Shown piece by piece: positions 38,301 to 46,794 of a DNA stretch of 64,000 nucleotides. A program made the position numbers and the translations under genes. Source of the DNA: Anaerolineae bacterium (GTDB lineage Bacteria; Chloroflexota; Anaerolineae; UBA1429); NCBI GenBank assembly GCA_034433995.1, contig DAOTZU010000169.1:2109-66108 (forward strand), in the 5' to 3' direction. Every line of letters starts with the position of its first letter. Position 1 is the stretch's first letter. Below the pieces are notes generated by a model. It searched no databases, was not told the origin of the DNA, and was given only the letters and a program-made list of their open reading frames with translations.

Positions 38301-39294
38301 CTGGCCCGTATTGGCCGCGATTGCTGACCCGCACCCGCACCTGTTGGTCGGTGGCGCCGGGGATCTGGATCTCCACCAGGGAGGCCAAGCTGCCCGTCAC
38401 CGTCCCTGTGGGGCAGGCGCAGGCGAGCAAGGTCGCCTCGCCGGGGTGGCAATCGTCGTTAGTCAAGCCCGCACCGGCGACGGTGACCTCTAGAAAAGTA
38501 TCCACCCCGATGGCCTGGGGCAACGCCTGGATGCAATAGCGCCGGCCGGCCTTGCCCAAAAAGATCACCTGGTCCACATCGCCGGGGGGGTTAAAGTTGT
38601 GCCATTGCACCTCGCCCAGGACGATGGCGGTGGCTTGAAAATCATCGGTCTCGTAGGCATCGTAGGGGCTGGCGGTGGGCGTGGGGGTGACTTGGGCCGT
38701 GGGCGCCATGGTCAAGGTTAGAACCGCCGTACCGGTTACGGTGGCCGCGGCGGTGGGCGTGGGCAAGGTAAAGCTCTCCATGGATTGGACGATGACCTGT
38801 TCAAAGACGCCGGACCGATCCAGGGCGTTGGCGTAGCTGAGGACGTCGTCCTCGCTGAGGGCCAGGCCGCCGACGGTGAGGGTGTTGCGATCTTGGAAGA
38901 GGTCGGTCAGGCTGAGCCGCTGACGGTCATAGTTGAGCAACGCCTCGACGATGGCCGTCCAATCGCGCTGTTTGGCGGCGAGGGAGGGCTGCAGGGTCTG
39001 GATGACGGTGATGGCCCGCAGCGTGCGGCTGAGCTCGTCGGTCATCTGGATCATCTCTGGGGCGGGCGTGCGCATGGTTTTGAGGGCGCGCTGGGCCTGT
39101 TGGGCCTTGAGCTCCAGTTGCTCTGCCTGGGAGGTGTTGACGCTCAGCAGGACCAGCCCGAGCACCGTCAGCACGACCAGGCCGATGGATACGCCCCAGA
39201 GCAATTTGGCCATGGGCGGCACCACCCGCGGCCGGTATTGGGGCGGCAAGATATTCAGGTCAATTGGGCCAGGCGCTGGTGGTTTTGGCGGCAT
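35314..39294 (-). CDS. giant PilN-like protein: N-terminal PilN membrane/coiled-coil module fused to about eight pre-peptidase C-terminal (PPC)-like beta-sandwich repeats
   Basis: N-terminus LNILPPQYRP + TM + coiled-coil (PilN hallmark); then eight repeats of DAYEPDD...GDVDRVYF..KAG..Y......GVDTVL.V.....NDD...........T.TN.G.YG....Y.L.V. Confidence 0.65.
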   Translation of the reverse strand: MPPKPPAPGPIDLNILPPQYRPRVVPPMAKLLWGVSIGLVVLTVLGLVLLSVNTSQAEQLELKAQQAQRALKTMRTPAPEMIQMTDELSRTLRAITVIQTLQPSLAAKQRDWTAIVEALLNYDRQRLSLTDLFQDRNTLTVGGLALSEDDVLSYANALDRSGVFEQVIVQSMESFTLPTPTAAATVTGTAVLTLTMAPTAQVTPTPTASPYDAYETDDFQATAIVLGEVQWHNFNPPGDVDQVIFLGKAGRRYCIQALPQAIGVDTFLEVTVAGAGLTNDDCHPGEATLLACACPTGTVTGSLASLVEIQIPGATDQQVRVRVSNRGQYGPDKWYTLAVYEATGDAYERDDQTPKPIAIGEAQARSFYPAGDVDRVYFPVKAGHAYELRTTNLALGVDTVIVVQVDGVTQQNDDAASGDPSSRLLFKANADGTAQVTITNKGLYGVDKTYTLQLLEAGGDAYEPDDQTPRPLSPYEGQRHTFFPLGDVDRVYFPVKAGRVYEVKTYSLTLGVDTVLEVLVEGQTLRNDDIAPGDYASRVILTPSRDGVAIATLTNRGEYGVDKEYWLTLRELAGTPTRDLTRQPLTPGPTPTVFCGDSYEPDDIVGRLAVVNQEQGRNFCPNGDVDKAVFTAKAGYSYIVETYDLAPGVDTVVTVLLGGQSWTSDDRSPQDLSSKIIFQNQSGRDAPAFITITNKGLFGQNRTYKFKVSDAGTGDAYEVDDLSPVPIAFGIGQARSFYPPGDVDRVYFVAKVNHRYRIYTQGLAPGVDTVLTVNMGALQLRNDDRQPGDLSSYVELQNDGASDVQATVLVTNNGQYGPDKTYTLVVEFLGVVRTPTPDLTRTTATPTPLFTPGPTATPGPSSTPTLDCGDAFEPDDAVARVMGVNEEQPRTFCPAGDVDQVVFTAKAGYSYAVETTALATGADSVLTVRLGSQVWTSDDRSPQDLSSRVVFQNQTGADAPAFVTVTNKGLFGPNRTYVLRVTDVGSGDAYEVDDLAPVPIAIGAGQARSFYPPGDVDRVYFTAKAERRYRIYTRDLAPGVDTMLTVDMGTTHLSNDDKIPGDLSSYVELQNDGPDDLEATVQVTNKGQYGPDKTYVLQVDDLGTESGDAYEPDLTVKRYLSINESQRHTFHPALDVDQVTLLVKAGRRYMVVTCGNGLEPGSSITVTTPFSPTQLVCDPLTPGVDTVLVVTGPVHNCQPSGCQSDDALPGTGYLNSAVIFEATADGEVTITIYNKGLFGPTMEYYLRAYEVGLVTAWAPLGQPQAVAWRREGAPLLQGIAWPAPRRWWGLAAPPERPAAQLAPLGAAPGAQLIQFTLQLRLKTVTP
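36004..37506. repeat. intragenic tandem duplication (two ~0.7-0.8 kb units, period 819 bp) encoding a two-PPC-domain module
   Basis: Nearly identical 32-nt strings at 36462 and 37281; protein units DSYEPDD...TYTLVV and DAFEPDD...TYVLQV are co-linear. Confidence 0.6.
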
Positions 39295-39385
39295 AGGTTC
39301 CTTTGCGCAGCAAGGGCCAGAGCCGAGACTCTGGCCCCATTGTAACATATCTTGCTGTAGCTGTCATCCGTGGCAATGGGGGCGT

Positions 39386-40543
39386 TTAGCGGGTGATGAA
39401 CCAGGAGAGGAGCTGCATGGCCCCGTCCTCGCAAAGGCGCACCCGCGCCCGGGTGATGGTGCCGCCGGCGGTGGCTTCGATGTCGAAATCCTTGCAGCCC
39501 TCGTCCTCGCCGGCCATGGGGGGCGGCTGTATGGTGAGCCCCTCGCCGCAGAGATCCACCGAATCGCCCACAAAGGCGCCGGCCATGGCGCCGGAACCGC
39601 TCACGCGGATCATCCCGTTGGGGGCATAAACGTAACCCCGCACCATGGAGACGCCGCTCCCGCTGATCTGGATCACCGGCTGGGAGCAACGCGCCGAGCC
39701 GGTGTAGGCCGCCGGCGTGAAAAAGGCCAGATTATCCACATAGGGATGCAGGTCATAGCCGGAGCCGATGATTTCGATGGTGCCCAAGGCCACAAAGGTG
39801 GCCGTGCCGCTGAAGCTGTTGCCGTTGATCTTTAGATTGCCGGTGATATAGTACAGCCCGTCAAAGACGGTGCCGCTTTCGTTGACCGTATAGTTGCCCT
39901 CGATCCGGTGGTAGCGGCCCTCTTGTTGGGCAGCGTAGGCTGCCGTGCCCACAGCGTTGGGGTTGTTGTAATCATCGAGGGTGAACAACGGGGGCAAGAT
40001 CGTCACCGGCACCTGAATGGGGCTGGCCGGCGGGGGCGGGTTAAAGGTCACTTGGCCCTCGCCGCTGACCTCGGTGACGTACTCGACGATGCCGTTGATG
40101 ATGGTATCGGCCCCGCGGATGCGCATATCCCGGTTGGTGTGGACGTTGCCGTACAGCCGGTTATGGGCGCCCGTCCAATCCAACACGGAGGAACAGGTGG
40201 TGCTGTTGCCCCACAGAGTATAGTTGAAGGACCAAGAAACGGGCGCCACGCGCAGGGTGACCGGTAACCGGTTGACCGTGTCGGGCAGGGTCAGCTGCAC
40301 GCCTGAGGCGCCGCTCTGCTTCACCGTCTCGCGCCAGGCGGCATCGTGGCGCAGTCGCCAGAGGGCGTATTCCGCCCCCGCCTCGGAGGCGTACTGGGCG
40401 TGGAGCGCTCCCTCGTGGCGCAGGGTGGCCTTTTGCGCCGTGGCCACATGGCCCAAAAGGGGCACCAGGAGCAACGTCCCCACCATCAGGGCCACCAGCG
40501 CGTGGGGCAACGTGTTTCCCTGTTCCCTCGCGAGAGACGTCAT
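39386..40543 (-). CDS. pilus-associated protein, PilX/TadG-like N-terminus with GSG-repeat beta-rich C-domain (paralog 2)
   Basis: N-terminal TM, conserved YASEAGAEYALWRLRHDAAWRE block, repeated I(S/T)GSG motifs; ATGA overlap with upstream paralog. Confidence 0.5.
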   Translation of the reverse strand: MTSLAREQGNTLPHALVALMVGTLLLVPLLGHVATAQKATLRHEGALHAQYASEAGAEYALWRLRHDAAWRETVKQSGASGVQLTLPDTVNRLPVTLRVAPVSWSFNYTLWGNSTTCSSVLDWTGAHNRLYGNVHTNRDMRIRGADTIINGIVEYVTEVSGEGQVTFNPPPPASPIQVPVTILPPLFTLDDYNNPNAVGTAAYAAQQEGRYHRIEGNYTVNESGTVFDGLYYITGNLKINGNSFSGTATFVALGTIEIIGSGYDLHPYVDNLAFFTPAAYTGSARCSQPVIQISGSGVSMVRGYVYAPNGMIRVSGSGAMAGAFVGDSVDLCGEGLTIQPPPMAGEDEGCKDFDIEATAGGTITRARVRLCEDGAMQLLSWFITR

Positions 40544-41742
40544 GATGAGCCCACCTGCCAGGAGAGCACCTGCCAATCGCCGTCGCCGCACCCTCGCATC
40601 CGCACTGTCGTGACCGTCGAGCCGGAGGTGGACCGGATGTCATAGACGCCACAGACGATGCTGCTGCCGCCGCTGCCCGGCAGTTCCACCTCGGCCAGGT
40701 TGATGGTGGCCCCCGAACCGTTGATATCGATCTCGTTGCCCAAGAAGGCGCCGGTGATCACCCCGCCGGAGCCGGTGAGAGAGATCTTGCCATTGGGGGC
40801 AAAGACCGTCCCGCCGGTGTTGCCCGAACCGCTGATGCTGACCACGTTGGTGCTGGCCGCGCGGGTGCTGAAAAAGCTCAGGCCGGGCACGTAGGGCGTG
40901 AAATCCAGCCCCGAGCCGCTGACATCGATGGTGGACAAGGAGACCACGGTCACATTGTATCCCCGCAGGCCCGAGCCGGAAAAGTTGACTTTGCCGGTGC
41001 AATAGTGCAGACCCTCCGGGATCACCGTGCCGGAGCCGGTGATGTTCCATGTGCCATTATGGACGTAATATTTCCCCTCGGCCTGGGCTCGGGCTGCCCA
41101 GCTGCCGGGTTGGTTGGGATCGTTGAACTCGTTGATATCCCAGGTGATGGGAAAAGGCTGGACGGTGGTCTGCACGGCCGGGCCCGGCACGATGCGGTTG
41201 CCCGAACCCAAAATGGTCAGGTTGCGCACATATTCCGCTGTGCCGTAGATGGTGTGGCCCGAACCGTTGATCTTGAGATCGCGGTTGCTGTGCACGCCGC
41301 CGTTGACGGTGTGCCCCGATCCGCCGATGACCAAGCCGTTGGTGGCGGTGCTGCTCTGGGCCCAGAGGGCCCATTCCAGGCATTCTGGCTCGCCGCCCCC
41401 GCCGCCAGCCTGGGTCTCGGTCTCGACGCACACCACCTCCACGGTGGGGGTATCTCCGTTGGGGGCGCTGGGCAGGGTCAAGGAGGCCACGGTGCCCGGC
41501 TGGTCCAGCAGAGTTTGCCGCCAAGCCGCGTCGTGGACCAGCTTCCAGAGGGCGAATTCCACGCCGGCATCGCTGGAATATTGCCGCTGCAGGGTGGTCT
41601 GGGTTGCCGCCGTCGTCTTCAGGCTGGTGCTCAGATGGGCCAGGAGCGGCCCGATCAAAATGATCCCCGTGGCTAAGGCGAGCAAGGCCAGGGGCAAGGA
41701 CTCGCCGCGTTCCTCTTGCCGGAATGTTGCTCTGTGCTTCAT
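40540..41742 (-). CDS. pilus-associated protein, PilX/TadG-like (paralog 1)
   Basis: Collinear similarity to 39386..40543 product (YSSDAGVEFALWKLVHDAAWRQ; GSG repeats); GAGGGAG RBS. Confidence 0.5.
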   Translation of the reverse strand: MKHRATFRQEERGESLPLALLALATGIILIGPLLAHLSTSLKTTAATQTTLQRQYSSDAGVEFALWKLVHDAAWRQTLLDQPGTVASLTLPSAPNGDTPTVEVVCVETETQAGGGGGEPECLEWALWAQSSTATNGLVIGGSGHTVNGGVHSNRDLKINGSGHTIYGTAEYVRNLTILGSGNRIVPGPAVQTTVQPFPITWDINEFNDPNQPGSWAARAQAEGKYYVHNGTWNITGSGTVIPEGLHYCTGKVNFSGSGLRGYNVTVVSLSTIDVSGSGLDFTPYVPGLSFFSTRAASTNVVSISGSGNTGGTVFAPNGKISLTGSGGVITGAFLGNEIDINGSGATINLAEVELPGSGGSSIVCGVYDIRSTSGSTVTTVRMRGCGDGDWQVLSWQVGSS

Positions 41743-41755
41743 GGGAAGATCTCCC

Positions 41756-42274
41756 TCACTGGGAAAGGCGCCGGGTGATGGTCAGCGTCATGCTGCGGCT
41801 GCCCCGGCGGGCCAGGGCGCTGGTCAAGGTGATGCGCACGGTGGTGCTGATCTGGGTCCCTTGCAGCGGCTCGATCTGCCAGGAGCTGATGTGCCGGGCC
41901 ACGGTGACCGAGCTGCTCCCGCCCGCGCCCGAGGTGGTGCGCACCAAATTGCCCCCCACCAGGCTGTAGGTGACGGTGGTGACCTGCGCCGATCCCGTTT
42001 GTCCAAAGGGGTAGGAGGGGATGTTCAGAGTCAATGTGGTGCCGTCAAAAGTGCCCTCCGAGGCGCCCACCACATCCCGGTTGAGGAGCACGCCGGCGGT
42101 CTGGAGCTGTTGGCTCAGCGTCAGCGAGTCCTGCTGCAGGCGGGTGAGGTTGTTAAATTGATACAGCATCACCACCAACGCCCCCAGGAGCAGCGCCGTG
42201 ATGGCGGTGGAGATCATGGTCTCCACCAGGGTGAATCCGTTTTGGCCCGTGCCGAGGAGCAAGCGCTTTTTCAT
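41756..42274 (-). CDS. prepilin-type N-terminal cleavage/methylation domain protein (minor pilin-like)
   Basis: GFTLVETMISTAITALLLGALVVML class-III signal peptide. Confidence 0.7.
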   Translation of the reverse strand: MKKRLLLGTGQNGFTLVETMISTAITALLLGALVVMLYQFNNLTRLQQDSLTLSQQLQTAGVLLNRDVVGASEGTFDGTTLTLNIPSYPFGQTGSAQVTTVTYSLVGGNLVRTTSGAGGSSSVTVARHISSWQIEPLQGTQISTTVRITLTSALARRGSRSMTLTITRRLSQ

Positions 42275-42675
42275 GGCCGATCCACCTTGTAATCCTCTAA
42301 GGCAAAGAGCAACTTGCCGTTTTCATAGACCTTGACCAGGATCTTTTGCATCCCGTTATCCGTGGCCGGCGGCGAACCGGAGAAGGTCTGGGTGGCCGAG
42401 AGCCAGTAGGTCACCTCCACCGAATGGGTGTAGAGGCTGGAGGGTTGGATGGTGGGGTACGGCTGGGCCGTCGGGTTGGCCCGATACTCGGCCTGTTTGA
42501 TCAGCTCCATCTGCTGCCGGGCATAGTTTTCGGCGCTGATGCGCTCTTCCACCAAAGCCACGCTCCCGCTGGAGGTGGAAAGCCCGCTGAGCATGATGAG
42601 GAGCGCCGCGCCGACGATGGCCAGCGTCACCAAGTCGCCCACCAGAGAACCGCCCCGTTGATCTTGTAACATCAT
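42271..42675 (-). CDS. pilin/pseudopilin-like protein with hydrophobic N-terminal helix
   Basis: ORF 42271..42795; start MMLQDQRGGSLVGDLVTLAIVGAALLIM at 42675 with AAGGTGG RBS. Confidence 0.6.
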   Translation of the reverse strand: MMLQDQRGGSLVGDLVTLAIVGAALLIMLSGLSTSSGSVALVEERISAENYARQQMELIKQAEYRANPTAQPYPTIQPSSLYTHSVEVTYWLSATQTFSGSPPATDNGMQKILVKVYENGKLLFALEDYKVDRP

Positions 42676-42802
42676 GGGAACCACCTTCTTGCTTATAAAA
42701 CCACCCGCAAAAACGCCGGTTTTTGTCGTCCAGCGCCCGCGAGGGGCTGGGCACCCGGCGGACCGCAAGACCTGTGCCCGCCGGATGCGCCCCAAAAGCG
42801 GG

Positions 42803-44005
42803 TTACTTGATCGAACCCATGAGCGAGTACATGGGCATGATCACCGCCACAGCCACAAAGCCCACCACCGCGCCGATAAAGAGGGTGAGGGCCGGCTCCA
42901 CCGCCCCGGCCATGGCCGCCACGGCCCGGTCCACCTCCTCTTCGTAAAAGATGGCCAGGGTCTCCATGTTGGAATCCAGGGCGCCGGTCTCTTCGCCCAC
43001 CCGCACCATCTGCACCAGCATCCCCGGAAAGATCTTTTGCTGGGCTAAAGGATCGGCCAGGCCGCGGCCCTGCAAAAGGTCGCGGCGCACGCCCTCCAAG
43101 GCGGCCCTGATGACCCGGTTGCTCTGGGTGCGGATGATCATCTCGATGATCTCCGGCAGGGCCAACCCCGCCCGCAGCAGGGCGGACATGGAGCGACACA
43201 TCCGCGCCACCGCCCCTTGGATCGTCACCCGTTTGATGAGGGGGATCTTGAGCAAGGCCCGGTCAAAGAACCAATGCCCTGCCTCCGAGCGGAAGAAAAG
43301 CACCCCCGCGCTGCCCACCAGCACCAGCGTGCCCAGGAGATGGAACTTGTAGGTGGAGGCGAAATCGGTGATGGCGATGAGGATGCGGGTGGGCAGGGGT
43401 AACTCCGCGCCGAAGGAGGTGAACAGGCCCATCAGGGGCGGCAGGGCCACGGTGAGCATCAAAAAGACCACGCCCACCGCCAACAAAAGCACAAAGGAGG
43501 GATAGGCCATGGCGCTGCGGATCTTGCGCACCAGGGCCTCTTCTTTCTCCATGTAAATGGCCAGTTGCCGCAGCACCATCTCCAAATTACCGGTGCGCTC
43601 GCCCACCTCGATCAACCGAGCATAGAGGTTGGAAAAGATCTTTTTGTGTTTCGAGATGGCCTCGGAGAGGAAACGGCCCTGCTGCAGGTCGAGGATGATC
43701 TCGCCCAACACCTGGCGCAGACGCTTGTTGCTGGTCTGTTCCTGCAACAGTTGGATGGCGCGAACGATGGGGATGCCCGATTCGATCAGTGTGGCCAATT
43801 GCCGGGAAAAGATGATCAGATCCCGGGTGCGCACCTTGGGGCTGAACAAGGAGACCCCGCCGTTTGTCTCCTGGGTCTCCTTGAGAGAGATGATGGTATA
43901 GTTCAGCTTCCACAGGAGCTCCTCGGCCACTTTCTCCGAGGCCGCCTCGATGCGGCCTTGGATCATTTCTCCTTTAGGCGTATACGCGATGTAATGGTAT
44001 GCCAT
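42803..44005 (-). CDS. pilC: type IV pilus inner-membrane platform protein PilC (GspF family)
   Basis: Two GspF-type repeats; start MAYHYIAYTPKGE at 44005. Confidence 0.85.
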   Translation of the reverse strand: MAYHYIAYTPKGEMIQGRIEAASEKVAEELLWKLNYTIISLKETQETNGGVSLFSPKVRTRDLIIFSRQLATLIESGIPIVRAIQLLQEQTSNKRLRQVLGEIILDLQQGRFLSEAISKHKKIFSNLYARLIEVGERTGNLEMVLRQLAIYMEKEEALVRKIRSAMAYPSFVLLLAVGVVFLMLTVALPPLMGLFTSFGAELPLPTRILIAITDFASTYKFHLLGTLVLVGSAGVLFFRSEAGHWFFDRALLKIPLIKRVTIQGAVARMCRSMSALLRAGLALPEIIEMIIRTQSNRVIRAALEGVRRDLLQGRGLADPLAQQKIFPGMLVQMVRVGEETGALDSNMETLAIFYEEEVDRAVAAMAGAVEPALTLFIGAVVGFVAVAVIMPMYSLMGSIK

Positions 44006-44019
44006 GGTCACCCACTCCC

Positions 44020-45930
44020 TCAACTCATGGTAAAGACGCCCCTCAAAATCTCTGAGGGCGTGGTGATGCCCATTTTGACCTTGACCATGCCGTCGTAGGG
44101 CATGCTCTTCATCCCCATGGCCTCGGCGGCGCGGCGCAGGTCGCCCGAGTTGGCCCCCTGCAACACCAGGCGGCGCAGCTCGTCGTTCATCATCAAGAGC
44201 TCAAAGACGCCCACCCGCCCGCGATAGCCCGTCTCGGCGCAATAGTTGCAGCCTGTGCCGTATTCAAAGTGGGTGCGGTGTTCGCCCAGTTGCTGCTCAT
44301 AGGCCGTGATCTCGGGCAGGGTCGCCTCTTTGACGGCGCGACACTGGTTGCACACCCGCCGCACCAGCCGCTGGGAGAGCACGGCCAAGAGCGACGAGGT
44401 GAGGAGGAACGGCTCCACCCCAAGGTCAATCAGGCGAAAGATGGCGCCCACGGTGTCGTTGGCGTGGATGGAGGAAAAGACCAGGTGGCCCGTCAGCGAG
44501 GCCTGCACCGCCGTCTTGGCCGTCTCTTGGTCGCGGATCTCGCCCACCAGGATGACGTCGGGGTCCAAGCGCATCGCCGCCCGCAGCCCGCTGGCGAAGG
44601 TGATCTCCGCCTGGCGGTTCACCTGCACCTGGTTGATCCCCTCAAAACGGTATTCCACCGGGTCCTCGATGGTGATGATCTTGAGCACCGTCTTATCCAG
44701 CTGGTTCAAGCTGGCATAGAGGGTGCTGGTCTTGCCGGAGCCGGTGGGACCGGCGATGAGCACGATGCCCCAGGGCGAATGAATCAGGCGGTTCCAGTTC
44801 TGCTCCATCTCGGGCAAAAAGCCCAGCTCGCTCAAGCCCCGCACCGAGATGGATTTATCCAGCACGCGCATGACCACCATCTCCCCCTTGACGGTGCTGA
44901 TGGTGGCCACGCGGATATCCACGGATTTTCCCTCCACCGTGATGGAGAATTGCCCATCTTGCGGGCGGCGCCGCTCGGCGATGTTGAGGTTGGCCAAAAC
45001 TTTGATCCGCGAGACGATGGGCGCGTGCACCCGCAACGGCAGCCGCATGGCATCGTGCAAGACGCCATCGATGCGGTAGCGGATCCGGAGATGGTCCTCC
45101 TGGGGCTCGATATGGATATCGGAGGCCTTGTCCTTCACCGCCTGGGTGATCATGAGCTCCACGGCCCGCACCACCGGCGCCTGCGAGACCAGTTCGGCGG
45201 TGAGGCGTTGGCTGGTTTTATCCTCCGTCTCGCTGGGGGGCGGCGCGATGCGCTCGATGTGGCGATCGATCTCGGTCGTCGCCTGATAATAGTTGGTAAA
45301 GGCGTTTTGGATATCGGCCGGCGAGGCGCGCAGTGTCTTGATCTTTAATCCCGTGCGGATGCGCAGGTCCTCAATGGCCAGCAGGTTGGTGGGGTCCGTC
45401 ATGGCCACCAACAATTGCCCTTGCTCCACCTTGAGCGGCAACAGGCTGTACTTGCGGGCCAGCTCCTCCGGCACCAGTTTCACCGCTTCGGGATCCACCT
45501 GGTAACGCTTCAGGTCAATGATGGGCAGGGAGACCAGGTCGCGGTGTTTGCGTTCGATCAGCTCGATGACGGCGTTGACGTCAAAGGGCTTGTACAAAAC
45601 GCCATCCACGCCGGCCCAGAGGGCCTCGGAGACGTACCCCTCCAATTGGCTGTGGCCGGTCATGATGATGGTGATCACATTGGGATTGATGGCCTTGATC
45701 TGGCGCAGCGTCTCCACGCCGTTCATCCCCGGCATCATGATGTCGATGAGGATGAGGTCGTAGGAGGCCTTTTTCATCAGCTCCAGGGCGGTCTTGCCGT
45801 CCTGGGCGCTGCCCACGCTAAAGCCCCGATCCTCCAGGATATCCACCAGGGTCTCGCACATCCCGGGGTCGTCATCCACGATGAGCACGCTCAATTGTTT
45901 TTGTTGGACGGCAACCGTTTCCTCGGTCAT
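44020..45930 (-). CDS. pilB: type IV pilus assembly ATPase PilB (GspE family) with N-terminal response-regulator receiver domain
   Basis: REC block LSVLIVDDDPGMCET...LILIDIMMPGMNG; GspE N-domain; Walker A GPTGSGKT; tetracysteine CNQC...CNYC; start could also be 45969. Confidence 0.85.
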   Translation of the reverse strand: MTEETVAVQQKQLSVLIVDDDPGMCETLVDILEDRGFSVGSAQDGKTALELMKKASYDLILIDIMMPGMNGVETLRQIKAINPNVITIIMTGHSQLEGYVSEALWAGVDGVLYKPFDVNAVIELIERKHRDLVSLPIIDLKRYQVDPEAVKLVPEELARKYSLLPLKVEQGQLLVAMTDPTNLLAIEDLRIRTGLKIKTLRASPADIQNAFTNYYQATTEIDRHIERIAPPPSETEDKTSQRLTAELVSQAPVVRAVELMITQAVKDKASDIHIEPQEDHLRIRYRIDGVLHDAMRLPLRVHAPIVSRIKVLANLNIAERRRPQDGQFSITVEGKSVDIRVATISTVKGEMVVMRVLDKSISVRGLSELGFLPEMEQNWNRLIHSPWGIVLIAGPTGSGKTSTLYASLNQLDKTVLKIITIEDPVEYRFEGINQVQVNRQAEITFASGLRAAMRLDPDVILVGEIRDQETAKTAVQASLTGHLVFSSIHANDTVGAIFRLIDLGVEPFLLTSSLLAVLSQRLVRRVCNQCRAVKEATLPEITAYEQQLGEHRTHFEYGTGCNYCAETGYRGRVGVFELLMMNDELRRLVLQGANSGDLRRAAEAMGMKSMPYDGMVKVKMGITTPSEILRGVFTMS

Positions 45931-46429
45931 GGTCTCATCTCGATGGACATTAAAGGCTATACCGGCCATGGGCCTTGCCGGCTAACGAAATCTAACAGTT
46001 TCTGCTCTTATCATACCGGATCGTGGGCGGCGGGGCATAAAAAGTACATTAATCCAGCGCTTTTGGCGCGGGGAGGGGGCTAAATTTGGCCTAAAGGAGA
46101 ACACACCCGCTTCGCCCTCGGCGCTCGGAGGTATCCCCAGAAAGATGCCGGGGCTGCGCCTGGCGGGTGGCGCGCCACCGCCGTGGCGCGCTCGCGGATT
46201 TACGCTTCATTTACCCCACTTTGACCCACGCTTTACGGATGCCTATAGGGGCTGTGCTATGATGTGGCCAGAATAAGCTCAGGATAGACGACGATAGCAT
46301 CGCAGCAGCAGTGAGGCCAGCAGGCAAGGAGGTAAGGAGGCAAGATCAGAAGACGAGGTCAGAGTTGCGGCACATGGCAATGCGTGTGGCATCGGGCATT
46401 ATTCTTAGCACTAAACGGAGGTAACGAAA

Positions 46430-46768
46430 ATGCGTAAGCAGCAAGGTTTCACCCTGATCGAACTGTTGATCGTCTTGGCCATCCTCGGCATCCTCATCGG
46501 CATCGTGGCCATGAGCGTGGGCGGCCTGAACCAGACGGCCAAGAGCCGGGGCATGAACTCGGAGAAAGAGATCGTCCAGACGGCCATCGACACCTACAAC
46601 ACCCAAGACGTGACGGTGGAGGGCTCGGCCACCATCCCCGCGCGGGCAACGGCGGCCACCATCGGCACGGCGGATACGGATGCTCCCTTCGCCAAGTATC
46701 TGAAGCGCGCCACCAAGTACAAGTACACCTGGGCCGCGGGTGGGGACACCTTGGTGGTCTCTGAATAA
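46430..46768 (+). CDS. pilA: type IV major pilin PilA
   Basis: MRKQQGFTLIELLIVLAILGILIGIV prepilin leader plus N-methyl-Phe motif; RBS GGAGG. Confidence 0.8.
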   Translation: MRKQQGFTLIELLIVLAILGILIGIVAMSVGGLNQTAKSRGMNSEKEIVQTAIDTYNTQDVTVEGSATIPARATAATIGTADTDAPFAKYLKRATKYKYTWAAGGDTLVVSE

Positions 46769-46794
46769 AACCGAATACGGCTGTTGATTGGAGG

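Noticed and set aside
35314-39348. Possibility that the long repeated region is a CRISPR array or an IS/transposon repeat
   Set aside because: Repeats are about 350-820 bp, in frame, and encode homologous protein domains with conserved motifs. There are no short direct repeats with unique spacers and no transposase.
46000-46429. sigma54 (-24/-12) promoter upstream of pilA
   Set aside because: Only partial matches (GGCACatggcAATGC, TGGCATcgggcATTAT); the spacing and -12 element do not fit TGGCAC-N5-TTGCW. A sigma70-like extended -10 (TGcTATGAT near 46250) is an equally weak alternative, so no promoter is called.
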